The notes: generated from the sequence alone by a model not told the origin. A DNA stretch of 62,311 nucleotides, filler included, from 4 parts of 4 records of this genome joined end to end with filler, not necessarily neighbours in it; one strand, 5' to 3'. Numbered from the whole stretch's first letter, positions 38,044-50,607 are shown. A program made the numbers and translations.

Positions 38044-39014
38044 GGCGACTCCTCGTCAGGCTCAAATGCTGACTCCTCAAACGCGTACTCTTCAAACGCA
38101 GACTCTGAGGCGTCATCGTCTGAGTCAGCCTCTTCAAATGCGCTCTCTTCTCCATCCGTGAGGGCTGCACGTCGCGCACGCACATGAATGGGCGACAGTG
38201 GCGCGTTCTGAACAATTTCGATCATGGCTTCTTTGGCTAATTCTAAAATGGCCATAAACGTAACAACGACTCCAGCACGCCCCTCTTCCAGCGTAAACAA
38301 CGCTTCAAACGGGGTATAGCGCTGATGGTCCCCGTCGTGACTTAACTGCTCCATAATTTTCAGCATGCGTTCGCGGGTAGAGAGTACCTCGCGGCTGATT
38401 TGGTGGGCTTGCGCCAACTCAGCGCGTTTCAGAATATCCGACAGCGCCCCCAGCAGTTCATCTAGCCCTACATCGGGATGAATTACCCGCGCCTCTAACG
38501 GGGGCAGGCCCGCCTGTACACTAAACCAGTCACGCCCTACCCGAGGCAGCGTGTCCAACGTTTCGGCGGCTTCCTTTAAGCGCTCATACTCTTGCAGACG
38601 GCGAATCAGCTCAGCCCTGGGATCTTCTTCCTCTTCGCCTTCTGCCTTCGGTGGGCGCGGCAGTAGTGTGCGGGATTTAATTTCCGCCAGCATAGCCGCC
38701 ATTAATAAGTACTCTCCGGCCAGCTCAATTTCCATGGCTTTCATCAGTTCCACATACTCAATGTATTGATGAGTAATGGTCGCCACATTGATCGTCAAGA
38801 TATCCAGGTTCTGACGGCGAATAAGATAGAGCAGCAGATCAAGCGGCCCTTCGAAGGCCTCTAGAAACACGCGTAGCGCCTCTGGCGGTATATAGAGATC
38901 CTCCGGCAACTGCATGATGGGCTCATCAAACAGACGCCCAAGCGCTTCCGCTACCGGTTCGGCAGTTGGCTCAATAAGTTCGTGATCAACGGGGGCGTTT
39001 GGCGTCTCGCTCAC
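38040..39014 (-). CDS. scpA: Segregation and condensation protein A
   Basis: FEGPLDLLLYLIR, VVVTFMAILEL. Confidence 0.96.
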   Translation of the reverse strand: MSETPNAPVDHELIEPTAEPVAEALGRLFDEPIMQLPEDLYIPPEALRVFLEAFEGPLDLLLYLIRRQNLDILTINVATITHQYIEYVELMKAMEIELAGEYLLMAAMLAEIKSRTLLPRPPKAEGEEEEDPRAELIRRLQEYERLKEAAETLDTLPRVGRDWFSVQAGLPPLEARVIHPDVGLDELLGALSDILKRAELAQAHQISREVLSTRERMLKIMEQLSHDGDHQRYTPFEALFTLEEGRAGVVVTFMAILELAKEAMIEIVQNAPLSPIHVRARRAALTDGEESAFEEADSDDDASESAFEEYAFEESAFEPDEESP

Positions 39015-39125
39015 GCGGGGCGTGTTCCTTTTTAGTTAAACATCCATGGTTAGTTGAGCGCCCATGGTTAGTTAAATGGCTATGCTCGCCAGTGTAACAG
39101 CGTGTCACCTATCGAGGCATTATCG

Positions 39126-40955
39126 CTAGCCTGCCTCAGCCGCCTTGCGATAACGCCCTTGGTAGTCAAACAGCTTATCGCGAAGCTGCCAGTGCCGTCC
39201 GACTTTACGCCCCACAACAAAATCAGGATGGCGCAGGCGGCGCTGCTCTTCGACCACTTCGGTCGGCGAAGCAGGCTGCCACTTAGCGCCTGGGGCACGC
39301 AGGTGGTTACGTAAAAAAACAGCATAAAATGCCCGCCGCTGAGCAGGCGTTTCCAGCGCAAACCACTCTGCCAAGCTCGCGCCATCTTCATCGTGATAGG
39401 TCACTTTTAGGCGTGGTAGCCCCCGCCCATTGGTCGTGGCCTCTAACTGCATACCGCTGACTCGCAGCACTTTGGCATCTTTTAATTTGAGTGCGTCTTT
39501 GAGCTTATCGTCGGCATCCACCAGCAGTTGCTCGCAACCATGACATCGGCGGGCGGCAATATCATTCTCAGCGCCACACTGCTCACAAACTTTAAAGCGA
39601 AAGCGAAAATCACACTGTTTTTGATCGGTGCCCTGCCTGCCCTTGCCCGGCTTAGCGGGCGGATTGGGATTGTCTACCAGCCCCTGGCAGCGGCGGCCAA
39701 AATGCTCAATCACCAGTTCTCCATCACGCTTACCCCAGAATAGATTGGCATGGCCACACGCCGGGCACTCAACCTGGACCGGTTCGCTGTCACTGTCTGG
39801 TTTTGGCTCGCCGACTTCTGGCGCATACAGGTCCCAGGGATTACCAGCGAAATCCAACACTAGGCAGTTGGTTTTGCCCGGTGATAAACGCAGCCCTCGA
39901 CCAACAATCTGCTGGTAAAGGCTCACCGATTCCGTGGGCCGCAGAATAGCGATTAAATCCACATGGGGCGCATCGAATCCTGTGGTTAGCACGGCCACAT
40001 TAACTAGAAACTTAAGCTTACGCGCCTTGAACGCCTCAATCAGAGAGGCGCGCTCTTGGGAGGCCGTCGCGCCGGTAATCAACGCCGCTTGGTCCGCAGG
40101 TAAGTAGCTGATGATTTCTTCAGCATGAGCGACCGTTGCGGCAAAAATCATCACCCCTTGACGTTCTTCAGCGTACTCAACCACCTGCTGAATAATCCTT
40201 GGCGTAGCACGGCTACCGGCAACAACGCGATTGAGCTCTTCCTCACGAAACAACCCACTGGGCGCAGGGGCCAAGGCAGAAAAATCGTAGCCTTCAATGG
40301 CCATATCCAGCCGTTTAGGCGCTGCCAAAAAACCTTGCTTCACCATCAATCGCAGCGGCTGTTCAAAGACGCAGTCGGCAAAGAAACACGCTTCATCACC
40401 GCGCACCATGCCGTGGTGATGTCGGTGGTAGATAAACCCCTGCCCTAACCGAAACGGCGTGGCGGTTAAGCCGAGAATTTTTAGCTGTGGGTTCTGACGC
40501 TGCAGATGCTCAATCACTTGACGATAGCTGGCATCTTTTTCCAGCGATACTCGGTGGCATTCATCAATCACCAGTAACGTAAAACTGGCGTCACTGAAGC
40601 GCTCCAGATTACGCACCACCGACTGCACCGAACCAAATACCACTTGTCGGCTGGCTTCTTTACGCTTAAGACCTGCGCTGAAAATATCTGCCTGAAGCCC
40701 GTAGGCTTGGTACTTGGCATGATTTTGCTCAACCAGCTCACGCACGTGGGCCAGCACCAGCACACGGCCACGGGCTAGCCTAGCCAGCTCAGCAATCACC
40801 AACGACTTACCGCTCCCAGTGGGTAATACCACCACTGCAGGCGCGCTGCTGGCACGGAAGTGGCCCACCACGCGCTTTACCGCCTCCGTTTGGTAGGGGC
40901 GTAAACGGGGTGGTGAACCAGAAATGGGATCGCTGGAAGGGCTGAATTGAGGCAT
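39126..40955 (-). CDS. radD: RadD/YejH-like SF2 helicase with C-terminal zinc fingers
   Basis: [24 protein letters not shown], CxxC pairs. Confidence 0.88.
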   Translation of the reverse strand: MPQFSPSSDPISGSPPRLRPYQTEAVKRVVGHFRASSAPAVVVLPTGSGKSLVIAELARLARGRVLVLAHVRELVEQNHAKYQAYGLQADIFSAGLKRKEASRQVVFGSVQSVVRNLERFSDASFTLLVIDECHRVSLEKDASYRQVIEHLQRQNPQLKILGLTATPFRLGQGFIYHRHHHGMVRGDEACFFADCVFEQPLRLMVKQGFLAAPKRLDMAIEGYDFSALAPAPSGLFREEELNRVVAGSRATPRIIQQVVEYAEERQGVMIFAATVAHAEEIISYLPADQAALITGATASQERASLIEAFKARKLKFLVNVAVLTTGFDAPHVDLIAILRPTESVSLYQQIVGRGLRLSPGKTNCLVLDFAGNPWDLYAPEVGEPKPDSDSEPVQVECPACGHANLFWGKRDGELVIEHFGRRCQGLVDNPNPPAKPGKGRQGTDQKQCDFRFRFKVCEQCGAENDIAARRCHGCEQLLVDADDKLKDALKLKDAKVLRVSGMQLEATTNGRGLPRLKVTYHDEDGASLAEWFALETPAQRRAFYAVFLRNHLRAPGAKWQPASPTEVVEEQRRLRHPDFVVGRKVGRHWQLRDKLFDYQGRYRKAAEAG

Positions 40956-40956
40956 G

Positions 40957-41748
40957 TCAGTCGAAACGCGGCGCTCGACGCTCCATTCGTGCACTCACCG
41001 CCTCACGCTGCTCGGCACCGGCTAAAAGCTGCTGCTGCAAATGCGCTTCGAGGGCTAGTCGATCACGAGGGGCTAAATCCGGGCTGCGTGCAAACAGCTC
41101 ACGAGCCGCAGCGACGGCACGAGGTGAGCGCGAGGCAATAAGCGCAGCGGTTTCCCGGGCAGCTTCCAGGGGCGTATCGCTCAGGCGGCTGCCCAAGCCC
41201 AGCTGATAGGCCTCCTCCCCGGACACCTTGCGCCCACTGATCGCCAGCTCCTGAAGTACATCCTGGCGCAGCCCCACGCCCGTCACGCTAATGGCCATAT
41301 CGGGAATGATGCCCCAATCGATCTCCAACAGCGCCAGACGTGCGCGGGGGTGGAGAATACGAATATCGGCGCCCAAGGCTATCTGCAAGCCGCCGCCGTA
41401 AACATGCCCGTGCAGAGCAGCTACCACGGGAACGCCCGCCTCGCGCCAGCCTAGAGCCAAGCGCTGAACCGGGTTGATACCCGCTTCGTCGGGCGCCAGC
41501 AGGGTGGGCAGCCGTTCCGCCTCGCTCATGATCGACGCCATATCGAGCCCCGCGCAAAAGCTGTCACCATCGCCACTCAAGACCACCGCACGCAGCCCTG
41601 CGAGCTGGGTTAGGCACTGTTGGGCTGCCAGCAGCCCATCAATCATGGCCCAATCCAGGCCATTGTGGTGGTCAGGTCGCGACAACATGACCTCAGCCAC
41701 GTGGTCAGAGAAGGTCAGAGTCACACGTTCATTGAGGATTTGATGCAT
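40957..41748 (-). CDS. Enoyl-CoA hydratase/crotonase family protein
   Basis: [25 protein letters not shown]. Confidence 0.9.
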   Translation of the reverse strand: MHQILNERVTLTFSDHVAEVMLSRPDHHNGLDWAMIDGLLAAQQCLTQLAGLRAVVLSGDGDSFCAGLDMASIMSEAERLPTLLAPDEAGINPVQRLALGWREAGVPVVAALHGHVYGGGLQIALGADIRILHPRARLALLEIDWGIIPDMAISVTGVGLRQDVLQELAISGRKVSGEEAYQLGLGSRLSDTPLEAARETAALIASRSPRAVAAARELFARSPDLAPRDRLALEAHLQQQLLAGAEQREAVSARMERRAPRFD

Positions 41749-41928
41749 TCGAGCTCCCAGAAGATTCCTTTGGCTCGCCATCGATGGGCGATAGCTGAGC
41801 TTGTGAAGTAGTGCGCTTATGGTGTGATAAACGCGCTTGTGAACTGAGTGTGGCGCGAAGACGAAGTATTTTCAAACGAACGTTTCATTCTATCGCAACT
41901 ACCACCAAGATCACTTCTCCACCACAGG

Positions 41929-41958
41929 AAAAAAGCGGCCCGCAGGCCGCTTTTCTTT
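41929..41958. terminator. Bidirectional-type terminator after purL
   Basis: AAAAGCGGCC-CGCA-GGCCGCTTTT. Confidence 0.85.
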
Positions 41959-41974
41959 AGCATGGCAGGGCGTA

Positions 41975-44900
41975 TCAGCCCAGCCATACACGGGCGTTAC
42001 GGAATAAACGCAGCCAAGCGCCATCCTCAGTCCATTCGGCCGGACGCCAGGAGTTGGTGACCGCGCGAGTCACCCGCTCTGGGTGAGGCATCATAATGGT
42101 CACACGGCCATCCGGTGTGGTTAGGCCGGTGATTCCTGACGGCGAGCCGTTAGGGTTAGCTGGGTAGCGGGTTGTTACTTGACCGTAGTTGTCGATATAA
42201 CGCAGCGCTATCTGGCTGCTGGACTGCATACTGCGCAGATGCGCGGTATCACGGAACTCAGCACGTCCTTCGCCGTGGGCCACAGCAATCGGTAACTTAG
42301 AGCCTTCCATACCCGCCAGCAGAATCGACGGGCTTTTCTCTACCCGCACCATCGCTACACGTGCTTCGAACTGCTCAGATTCGTTACGCTCAAACGCAGG
42401 CCAGCTTTCAGCCCCCGGAATCAGTGTCTTGAGCTGCGAGAGCATCTGACAACCATTGCACACGCCCAGCGAGAAGCTGTCATCACGGGTGAAGAAGTTG
42501 GCAAACTGCTCACGGGCACGCTCATTGAACAGTACCGATTTCGCCCAACCGCCGCCTGCACCCAGCACGTCGCCGTAAGAGAAACCACCGCAGGCGACTA
42601 GCCCTTTGAACTCATCAAGCGAAACACGCCCTTCCAGGATGTCACTCATGTGCACATCCACTGCGTCGAAGCCCGCTTTATGGAACGCCCAGGCCATCTC
42701 GACCTGACCATTAACGCCTTGCTCGCGCAGTACAGCAACAGCGGGCTTGGCCGTGTTGATAAACGGCGCGCTGATATCATCGTTGATATCAAAGCTAGGC
42801 GCGGCACTTAGGCCAGGATCACGAACATCCAGCAAGCTATCGAATTCGTTCTTGGCGCATTCGGGGTTATCACGCAGCGCCTGCATGCGGTAGCTGGTTT
42901 CCGCCCAGGTGCGCTGGGTCAGTTGGCGTGTGGTTTCCAGCAGCGGCTCTTCAAACAGCGTTACCCGCACCTGGTCGTCATAACGGGGGCGCGCAATAAC
43001 ACCGCATGTTTCGATACCTGCCACGGCAAACTGGGTGAGCACTTCTTCAGTGTGCTCACGGCTCACCTGAATCACCGCACCCAGCTCTTCAGAGAACAGC
43101 GCATTGAACGCTTCCACCGGCTCATCAATCAGCCAGTCCAGCTTGATCTCAAGGCCTGCATGGGCAGCAAAGGCCATTTCCAACAGCGTGACCAGCAGGC
43201 CACCATCACTACGGTCGTGGTAGGCCAGCAGTTTGCCATCGCGGTTGAGCCCCTGAATGACCTCAAAAAACGCTTTCAGATCTTCTGGGTCATCAACATC
43301 AGGACAGTCATTACCGACTTGACCATAAACTTGCGCCAGCGCAGAACCACCTAAGCGGTTTTGGCCATTACCCAAGTCGATCAGAATCAGGTCAGATTCA
43401 TCCTGCTCTAGATTGATTTGCGGTGTCAGCGTCGCCAGCGCATCGGTCACCGGCGCGAACCCCGTCACCACTAGCGAAAGCGGCGATGTGATGCTCTTTT
43501 CGTCAGCCTCACTGCCTTCCTGCCAAGCGGTACGCATTGACATGGAATCCTTACCCACCGGAATGGCAATGCCGAGTGCCGGACACAGCTCCATACCTAC
43601 GGCATGTACCGCATCATAGAGCGCCTGGTTTTCACCGGGATGGTCGGCAGCGCTCATCCAGTTCGCTGAAAGCTTAATATCCGACAGTTTGGCAATGGGC
43701 GCCGCGGCTAAGTTAGTAATCGCTTCGGCAACCGCTAAGCGAGCACTGGCAGCAGGATTAATCAGTGCCACTGGCGGACGCTCGCCCATCGCCATGGCTT
43801 CACCAGCGTGGGTGTCGAAGCTAGCAGTGGTCACGGCCACATCGGCCACCGGTACCTGCCAAGGGCCAACCATCTGATCGCGGGCGACTTGGCCGGTAAT
43901 TGAACGGTCGCCAATGGTAATCAAAAAGCTCTTCGATGCCACGGTGGGCAGGCGCAACACCCGATCCATCGCTTCGCGCAGATCCAGGTTGTCGAGCATA
44001 ACGCCAGATAGCTCAGGAGTTTGACGTTCAAACGAGCGCGTCATCTTCGGCGGCTTGCCAAACAACACGCTCATCGGGAGATCGACCGGCTTGGTATCAA
44101 AATGGCCGTCACGAACTTCCAGGTGATGATGCTCCATGGCCTCGCCGACCACCGCATAGGGGCAGCGTTCGCGCTTGCACAGTGCGTCAAAGGTAGCTAA
44201 GTCATCAGGGGCAACGGCCAGCACATAACGCTCTTGGGCTTCGTTACACCAAATTTCCAGCGGGCTCATACCTGGCTCAGCGTTAGGCACTGCACGCAGG
44301 TCAAACAGACCACCACGATTACCGTCTTTAACCAGCTCCGGCAAGGCGTTGGAAAGCCCGCCTGCACCTACATCGTGAATAAAGCGAATCGGGTTTTTAT
44401 CGCCCAGCGCCCAACAGCGATCGATGACCTCCTGGGCACGACGCTCAATTTCCGGGTTTTCCCGCTGCACCGAGGCAAAATCCAAGTCCGCACTAGACTC
44501 GCCTGATGCCATGCTAGACGCTGCACCACCACCCAGGCCGATCAGCATGGCCGGGCCGCCCATCACGATGAGCTTGCCACCAACAGGAATCTCCCCTTTC
44601 TGCACATGGTGAGCACGAATATTGCCATAACCACCGGCCAGCATAATCGGCTTGTGGAAGCCGCGACGCTCGATACCATCGTCGCTCAGCGTATCCTGCT
44701 CATAGGTACGGAAGTAGCCCGTCAGATTAGGTCGGCCAAATTCATTATTAAACGCCGCACCACCGATGGGGCCGTCCAGCATAATTTGCAGCGCTGACTG
44801 CATGCGCTCTGGCTTGCCGTAGTCAAACGCTTCCCAGGGCTGTACGAACTCGGGGATACGCAGGTTGGATACGGTAAAGCCCGACAGGCCGGCCTTTGGC

Positions 44901-45901
44901 TTGCCGCCGATACCGGTCGCTCCCTCATCACGAATTTCACCGCCAGAACCGGTCGCCGCGCCAGGGAATGGTGCAATCGCTGTAGGATGGTTGTGGGTTT
45001 CCACCTTCATCAGAATGTGGATGGGCTCTTGGTGGGCGTCGTAGCTGGCCCGCTCCCCCTCAGCGCCAGTCAGTGGCGTGGGGAAGAAGCGCCCCCCCTG
45101 GCTACCCTTGATCACCGCCGCGTTATCGCTATAAGCCGAGAGTACGTTATCCGGCGAGGTCGCAAAGGTGTTCTTAATCATCTTAAACAGCGAATGGCTC
45201 TGGGCTTCACCATCAATAACCCAGTCCGCGTTGAAGATTTTGTGGCGGCAGTGCTCCGAGTTCGCCTGGGCAAACATCATCAGCTCGACATCGCTAGGGT
45301 TGCGACCAAGCTCAATAAACGCAGCCACTAGATAGTCGATTTCATCGTCGGCAAGCGCCAGCCCTAATTCTCGGTTGGCTGTTGCCAACGCTTCGTGGCC
45401 GCCTTCCAAGATATCGACACTGCCCAGTGGCGCAGGGGTATGATGAGCAAACAGTTTGACCGCATCAGCAACGTCAGCCAGCACGTTCTCCGTCATACGG
45501 TCGTGCAGTAACGCGCTGATCGCGTCTAACTGTTCGGCGCTAGGCTCACTGCGCAGCGCTACCCGATAATCGACACCACGTTCGATGCGATCAATCTGGT
45601 GCAGCCCACAGTTATGAGCAATATCAGTTGCTTTAGAAGACCATGGCGACTGGGTGCCTAAACGCGGCACAACCAGGAAGCGCTGGGCGTTTTCAGGAAT
45701 GTCTTGGCTCGCGTGGCTGCCATAATCAAGCAGCTTGGCCAAACACTCCTGGGCAGCATCATCCAGTGTCTCGCGGTGGTCTATGAAGTGGACGTAATGG
45801 GCGGACAACGCCTCCACCTCGGGAACACGTTCACGCAACACCGTTAACAGCCGTTCATGGCGGAAGGCAGAAAGGGCAGGTGCGCCTCGCAGTTCGAGCA
45901 T
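41975..45901 (-). CDS. purL: Phosphoribosylformylglycinamidine synthase (large form)
   Basis: 1308 aa; [27 protein letters not shown]. Confidence 0.99.
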   Translation of the reverse strand: MLELRGAPALSAFRHERLLTVLRERVPEVEALSAHYVHFIDHRETLDDAAQECLAKLLDYGSHASQDIPENAQRFLVVPRLGTQSPWSSKATDIAHNCGLHQIDRIERGVDYRVALRSEPSAEQLDAISALLHDRMTENVLADVADAVKLFAHHTPAPLGSVDILEGGHEALATANRELGLALADDEIDYLVAAFIELGRNPSDVELMMFAQANSEHCRHKIFNADWVIDGEAQSHSLFKMIKNTFATSPDNVLSAYSDNAAVIKGSQGGRFFPTPLTGAEGERASYDAHQEPIHILMKVETHNHPTAIAPFPGAATGSGGEIRDEGATGIGGKPKAGLSGFTVSNLRIPEFVQPWEAFDYGKPERMQSALQIMLDGPIGGAAFNNEFGRPNLTGYFRTYEQDTLSDDGIERRGFHKPIMLAGGYGNIRAHHVQKGEIPVGGKLIVMGGPAMLIGLGGGAASSMASGESSADLDFASVQRENPEIERRAQEVIDRCWALGDKNPIRFIHDVGAGGLSNALPELVKDGNRGGLFDLRAVPNAEPGMSPLEIWCNEAQERYVLAVAPDDLATFDALCKRERCPYAVVGEAMEHHHLEVRDGHFDTKPVDLPMSVLFGKPPKMTRSFERQTPELSGVMLDNLDLREAMDRVLRLPTVASKSFLITIGDRSITGQVARDQMVGPWQVPVADVAVTTASFDTHAGEAMAMGERPPVALINPAASARLAVAEAITNLAAAPIAKLSDIKLSANWMSAADHPGENQALYDAVHAVGMELCPALGIAIPVGKDSMSMRTAWQEGSEADEKSITSPLSLVVTGFAPVTDALATLTPQINLEQDESDLILIDLGNGQNRLGGSALAQVYGQVGNDCPDVDDPEDLKAFFEVIQGLNRDGKLLAYHDRSDGGLLVTLLEMAFAAHAGLEIKLDWLIDEPVEAFNALFSEELGAVIQVSREHTEEVLTQFAVAGIETCGVIARPRYDDQVRVTLFEEPLLETTRQLTQRTWAETSYRMQALRDNPECAKNEFDSLLDVRDPGLSAAPSFDINDDISAPFINTAKPAVAVLREQGVNGQVEMAWAFHKAGFDAVDVHMSDILEGRVSLDEFKGLVACGGFSYGDVLGAGGGWAKSVLFNERAREQFANFFTRDDSFSLGVCNGCQMLSQLKTLIPGAESWPAFERNESEQFEARVAMVRVEKSPSILLAGMEGSKLPIAVAHGEGRAEFRDTAHLRSMQSSSQIALRYIDNYGQVTTRYPANPNGSPSGITGLTTPDGRVTIMMPHPERVTRAVTNSWRPAEWTEDGAWLRLFRNARVWLG

Positions 45902-46083
45902 ATCTGGGAGCCTCTAAAGCAGGAAGAGTTCGTGCGGGAAATCAGTGGGCCGCAGCGCGGCCCTCTTTAATGACACTAATAGGCACTATGATACTGGAAA
46001 GCGGCGGCCACACGAAATCAACAAGGTGACAGCATCTCTCAGGCTGGGTATCGTGGCAGCTTGTTTCATGCCGACAAGACGCC

Positions 46084-47553
46084 ATGCTGACGTTGATTTG
46101 CCGACATTTTATAACGCGTTATCGCGCTTATTTTGCAGTCATTGTTACGCTTTTCTTAGCGTTAATTCCGCGCGCCACCACGCCGGTACCGCAAGGTGAG
46201 CACCTCGCTCAGATCATCGCGAAAGAATTTATTACTATTCATACCCGTAACACACCAACCACTTACTATGAAGGCCGCCAAGGCCCCACTGGCTTTGAAT
46301 ATGAGCTGATGCATCGGTTTGCTGACTATTTGGGAGTTAGCTTAAATCTCAATGCAAGCCACCATCCTGAAAGCGTGCTGCCAGCCGTACGAGAACAAGG
46401 AGACCTAGGTGCTGCGGCGCTCCCCTTGCTGCCAGATTCACCCGGCATTCATTACACCCGCTCAATTATTCAGATGCAGCCACTGGTGGTTTATCGTCGC
46501 GGCTTGAACGGCATAAACGAGCCAAAAAATTTAGTTGGTTTGGAATTAGGCACGCTTAGCGAAGCAGGCACCAGCCAATCACTCCTCGCCCTTCAGCGCG
46601 ACTACCCAAGCTTAAGCTGGAAAGAGTCTCACGAGCTTGAAGTAGCAGAACTGCTGGCTCGGGTGGAAAACGGCACGCTGGATGCCGCAATTATTTTTGA
46701 TCATCAGTTTCGTCTCAATCGGCTTTTTTTTCCTAACGTCGAGCGCGGCTTCTTGCTAGGAGAGCCGCTATCATTAGCCTGGGCGGTGCCCAGCGGGCGC
46801 GGACTGGGGCTATTGGAAACTGCCAATCAGTTCCTTCAAGAACTGCAGGAAAATGGCACGCTGGAGCAGCTCGTCAGCCGCTATTTTGGCCATGATGATT
46901 ATTTGGAGTACGTGGGAACACGCACATTTTTAGCCCATCTTGATGAACGCCTGCCAACCTATAGCGAGCTTTTCAAAAAGGCTGCTCGAGACACGGGGTT
47001 TGATTGGAAACTGCTGGCTGCCGTGGGCTATCAGGAATCTCACTGGGACCCTAACGCAGTGTCTCCCACCGGGGTCCGCGGCCTAATGATGCTCACCAAC
47101 CCAACCGCCAGCGAGATGGGCGTCGCTGACCGCACTAATCCTGCCCAGAGCATTGATGGTGGCGCCCGCTATTTACGCAGCATTAAAGATCGTCTGCCAG
47201 AGAGCATTGTCGGCAATGACCGGCTCTACATGGCGATGGCGGCCTATAACGTGGGACTTGGACACCTATACGATGCCCGCAAGATCGCCGAAATGCGCGG
47301 CGGCAACCCAGACAGCTGGCAAGATGTCCGTGCAGCGCTGCCCTTACTTCAGCAACGGGAATGGCACAGCCAAACTCGCCATGGCTATGCACGCGGCGGT
47401 GAGCCGGTGATCTATGTACGCAACATTCGCCGCTACTACGAGATGATTGAGTACGTCGAACGCAGTCGCCAGCAGTTTTTCCAGTTGGGACAAACGCTGG
47501 TTAGCGATGAGCCTCTGTTACTCTTTGATATTATTCCACCCGTGGAGCAATGA
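46084..47553 (+). CDS. mltF: Membrane-bound lytic murein transglycosylase F
   Basis: SBP domain plus SLT domain (YQESHW, GLMML, AAYNVG); divergent from purL and next to tadA. Confidence 0.95.
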   Translation: MLTLICRHFITRYRAYFAVIVTLFLALIPRATTPVPQGEHLAQIIAKEFITIHTRNTPTTYYEGRQGPTGFEYELMHRFADYLGVSLNLNASHHPESVLPAVREQGDLGAAALPLLPDSPGIHYTRSIIQMQPLVVYRRGLNGINEPKNLVGLELGTLSEAGTSQSLLALQRDYPSLSWKESHELEVAELLARVENGTLDAAIIFDHQFRLNRLFFPNVERGFLLGEPLSLAWAVPSGRGLGLLETANQFLQELQENGTLEQLVSRYFGHDDYLEYVGTRTFLAHLDERLPTYSELFKKAARDTGFDWKLLAAVGYQESHWDPNAVSPTGVRGLMMLTNPTASEMGVADRTNPAQSIDGGARYLRSIKDRLPESIVGNDRLYMAMAAYNVGLGHLYDARKIAEMRGGNPDSWQDVRAALPLLQQREWHSQTRHGYARGGEPVIYVRNIRRYYEMIEYVERSRQQFFQLGQTLVSDEPLLLFDIIPPVEQ

Positions 47554-47599
47554 TTGACTGCTACCCACAATACCGCCACTCGTTGACGATAGTCGCGGG

Positions 47600-48055
47600 C
47601 TAACGTTTCGTAGCAAAAAACTGTTTTAGCAATTTTTTTGCCGGCGTTGCCAGCACGCCACTGGTGACAACTACTTGATGATTGAACCACGGCTGAGCAA
47701 GCAGGTTAGCTTTTGATTCGACCATCCCCGTGCGCGGCTCTGCCGCACCATAAACCAAGCGTGCTAATCGGGCATGGACCATGGCACCCGCACACATCAT
47801 GCATGGCTCAAGCGTCACAAATAGTGTGCAGCCCTCTAAGCGGTAGTTACCTACCTGCTGCCCCGCCGCTCTCAGCGCGCCAATTTCCGCGTGACCGCTA
47901 GGGTCGCAACTCGCTACCGGTGAGTTTCGCCCTGCTCCTATAATGGTACCCAAAGCATCCACCACTACGGCCCCCACCGGCACCTCACCCTCTTTAAAGG
48001 CAAGGTGTGCTTGGTCAAGCGCTCGGTGCATGTAAAATTCGTCGCTGCGTATCAA
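47600..48055 (-). CDS. tadA: tRNA adenosine(34) deaminase
   Basis: EVPVGAV, HAE, PCMMC. Confidence 0.95.
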   Translation of the reverse strand: MIRSDEFYMHRALDQAHLAFKEGEVPVGAVVVDALGTIIGAGRNSPVASCDPSGHAEIGALRAAGQQVGNYRLEGCTLFVTLEPCMMCAGAMVHARLARLVYGAAEPRTGMVESKANLLAQPWFNHQVVVTSGVLATPAKKLLKQFFATKR

Positions 48056-48162
48056 GACAAACTCCGCTAAGGTAGCAAAACGATCGTTTTAATTGTGCCA
48101 TAGCCGCAAAGATACCCTGGCAAACATTAGCGGCCAAACGGACAGCACTAAGGATACCGAGA

Positions 48163-48987
48163 ATGAACGATGCGCTGAAGTTACTGGTAAGCTTACTAGA
48201 GCTGGAAACACTTGAAGAGACGCTATTTCGTGGCCAAAGCCAAGACCTCGGCTTCCCACAGCTCTACGGCGGCCAGGTATTAGGCCAAGCATTAGCAGCG
48301 GCGGCCCGCACCGTGCCCGATGATCGCCGCCCACACTCACAGCATGGCTATTTTCTGCGTCCCGGCGACCCTCACCGCCCTGTCGTCTACCAAGTAGACA
48401 CGATTCGCGATGGTGGTAGCTTTACTACTCGGCGCGTTACCGCTATTCAAAAAGGGCGCCCGATTTTCTTCTGTAGCGCTTCGTTTCAAAGCGCCGAAGA
48501 GAGCATTAGCCACCAGCGCACCATGCCCCACGTGCCTACGCCAGAAGCGTTAATCGAAAGTGGAGATGTAAAGCATGCGCGTTTCCCAGGTCATCCTATC
48601 GAGTTTCTGCATTTAAAAGGCAATCCAGACAATGCATCGCCTGCAGGTCAGTGCCTATGGTTTCGCCTAGCGGGCGGAACGCTGCCCGATGACCCAGCCC
48701 TGCATCGCCATCTGCTTTCCTACGCATCGGACTTCAACCTGCTAACGACCGGACTGGTTCCCCACGGCATCAAGTTTACCGATCCCAAACTGCGCATCGC
48801 CAGCCTGGACCATGCCCTGTGGCTACACGAAGACCCCCGTCTGGATGACTGGTTACTCTACGTGATTGACTCTCCCTGGGCTGGCGGTGCCCGTGGTTTA
48901 GCGCGCGGTCATATTTACCAACGCGATGGTCGCTTAGTGGCCTCTACCGCTCAAGAAGGACTGGTGCGTTATCCGCAACAGCACTAA
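48163..48987 (+). CDS. tesB: Acyl-CoA thioesterase II
   Basis: YGGQVLGQAL, RDGGSF, ASLDHA, QEG. Confidence 0.93.
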   Translation: MNDALKLLVSLLELETLEETLFRGQSQDLGFPQLYGGQVLGQALAAAARTVPDDRRPHSQHGYFLRPGDPHRPVVYQVDTIRDGGSFTTRRVTAIQKGRPIFFCSASFQSAEESISHQRTMPHVPTPEALIESGDVKHARFPGHPIEFLHLKGNPDNASPAGQCLWFRLAGGTLPDDPALHRHLLSYASDFNLLTTGLVPHGIKFTDPKLRIASLDHALWLHEDPRLDDWLLYVIDSPWAGGARGLARGHIYQRDGRLVASTAQEGLVRYPQQH

Positions 48988-49009
48988 AGCGCACCGGTTC
49001 GCAAAAACA

Positions 49010-49036
49010 CCGACGCCCGCTATCAGCGGGCGTCGG
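49010..49036. terminator. Hairpin between convergent tesB and malic enzyme genes
   Basis: CCGACGCCCGCT-ATC-AGCGGGCGTCGG. Confidence 0.75.
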
Positions 49037-49063
49037 AGGATACATCAACGTGCGCTATAAAGT

Positions 49064-49357
49064 TTACGCACCGTAAACGTCATTAATTGTTTTGAGCGGA
49101 TAGTGCGCGGGATAAGGCTTACGCGCCACACCTGAGTCTACGGCTGCCTGAGCCACCGCCGAAGAAACTCGCTCTAGCAGGCGAATATCGACCGGTGTCG
49201 GGATAATGTACTCACGCCCAAAGCTCATCTCAGTGCGCTCGTAGGCGTCTAACACTTCTTGGGGTACCGGCTCTCGAGCTAGATCCTTCAGGGCGTGGAC
49301 AGCAGCCAGCTTCATGGCTTCATTAATGCGTGTCGCCCGAACATCCAAAGCACCTCG
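49064..49357 (-). CDS. Malic enzyme, C-terminal part (truncated by gap)
   Basis: [19 protein letters not shown]...YIIP...[12 protein letters not shown]. Confidence 0.9.
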   Translation of the reverse strand, partial: RGALDVRATRINEAMKLAAVHALKDLAREPVPQEVLDAYERTEMSFGREYIIPTPVDIRLLERVSSAVAQAAVDSGVARKPYPAHYPLKTINDVYGA

Positions 49358-49457
49358 NNNNNNNNNNNNNNNNNNNNNNNNNNNNNNNNNNNNNNNNNNN
49401 NTTAATTAATTAANNNNNNNNNNNNNNNNNNNNNNNNNNNNNNNNNNNNNNNNNNNN
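49358..49457. other. Artificial contig linker
   Basis: N run with central TTAATTAATTAA. Confidence 0.98.
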
Positions 49458-49557
49458 CAGTTAAATTATATTTAGCCTACTTTGAGCACTTAGTTTTTAG
49501 TCGATATTGGTCACTTCATGACCTAGATCATTCATCACTTCCACGCCGCCGCCCGGC

Positions 49558-50607
49558 CTACTCCTCCGGTGGGGAAAGGTGGGCATCGGTCAGGGTACGT
49601 GGCCGGTACTTGCACGCGGTATCAGCCCAACGCTTCCATACACTCTCATCGACTGAAATATTCACCGCAGGCAGCCCCTGCATACCCTGCGCATACTGCC
49701 GGTAAAATCGGCCGTCGCCCTTGTATCTAAGGCGTGCATACTTGGCGTAAAGCCCTTTCAGAAAATCAGCAAACGAATCTTTCGGTGCCATTTTCCAAGC
49801 ATCCTCTGCAGCATTGAAGGGGGCCACTTTTAGGCCTGCCTGCTGCGCTTTGGTTAACATCCAGCTCAGCGGTATGTCGGCCAGCGTGTCGCCAGCGCCA
49901 TAACCGCCGCCTACATTGGCGTGGGCACCGATAAACCAGCGTTGCTCGACGTTGCGATTACCTGTTTTCTGCTTGCCATCCTTGCTCGTCCAGAGCGATA
50001 CGTTATAGGCCGACCTGTGTTCGTCCAGCGCGACCGCTTGATAGGCATGATCGACAATGCTGGAAAGCTCGGTATCGTGCCAATCGTATTTGCTTTTGAA
50101 CAGGTTGGTTCCTGGCACGCCCAGTGCGCCAACGGTATCCCACACGCCAATAAAATGAACCCTGGGCTGGCGGCTGAAGCGCTCCTTGAACTCTGTACAT
50201 ATATTAGAATCGGGGTGACAATCACGGTCTCGATAAATATGCTCGGCCTTATCGAGTAGCCCTGGCGTGACGACATGCACTAGCCCGCATTTACGAATCA
50301 TCCCTACTAGGCTTCTGGCGGTGTAGGCACCGCGGCTGAATCCAAATATCCAGATTTCATCGCCTTCACTGTAATGCCTTGCCAGCCAGTCATAGCCTTG
50401 GCGTAGGTTTTTGTTCAGCCCGTAACCGAAGGCTCCGCCGAAAAAGCGCTGAAATTTGGATGTCCCTACGCCGGGGTCGTAATAGAACCGCTGCCTGATA
50501 CCGTCATCGTCATCATGGAGCAGCCGGGTAATACGATACACATTGGTTTGATCTTCAGGGTCGTTCCAGGTGCCATCGAATAGCAGAATCAATTTTTGCT
50601 TTGCCAT
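49558..50607 (-). CDS. DUF2235 (Tle1-like alpha/beta hydrolase) protein
   Basis: FDGTWN, GFSRGAYTAR, GVWDTV, WFIGAHANVGGG. Confidence 0.92.
   Translation of the reverse strand: MAKQKLILLFDGTWNDPEDQTNVYRITRLLHDDDDGIRQRFYYDPGVGTSKFQRFFGGAFGYGLNKNLRQGYDWLARHYSEGDEIWIFGFSRGAYTARSLVGMIRKCGLVHVVTPGLLDKAEHIYRDRDCHPDSNICTEFKERFSRQPRVHFIGVWDTVGALGVPGTNLFKSKYDWHDTELSSIVDHAYQAVALDEHRSAYNVSLWTSKDGKQKTGNRNVEQRWFIGAHANVGGGYGAGDTLADIPLSWMLTKAQQAGLKVAPFNAAEDAWKMAPKDSFADFLKGLYAKYARLRYKGDGRFYRQYAQGMQGLPAVNISVDESVWKRWADTACKYRPRTLTDAHLSPPEE

Noticed and set aside
39046..39075. CCATGGTTAGTT direct repeat upstream of scpA
   Set aside because: Two copies only; most simply a local duplication
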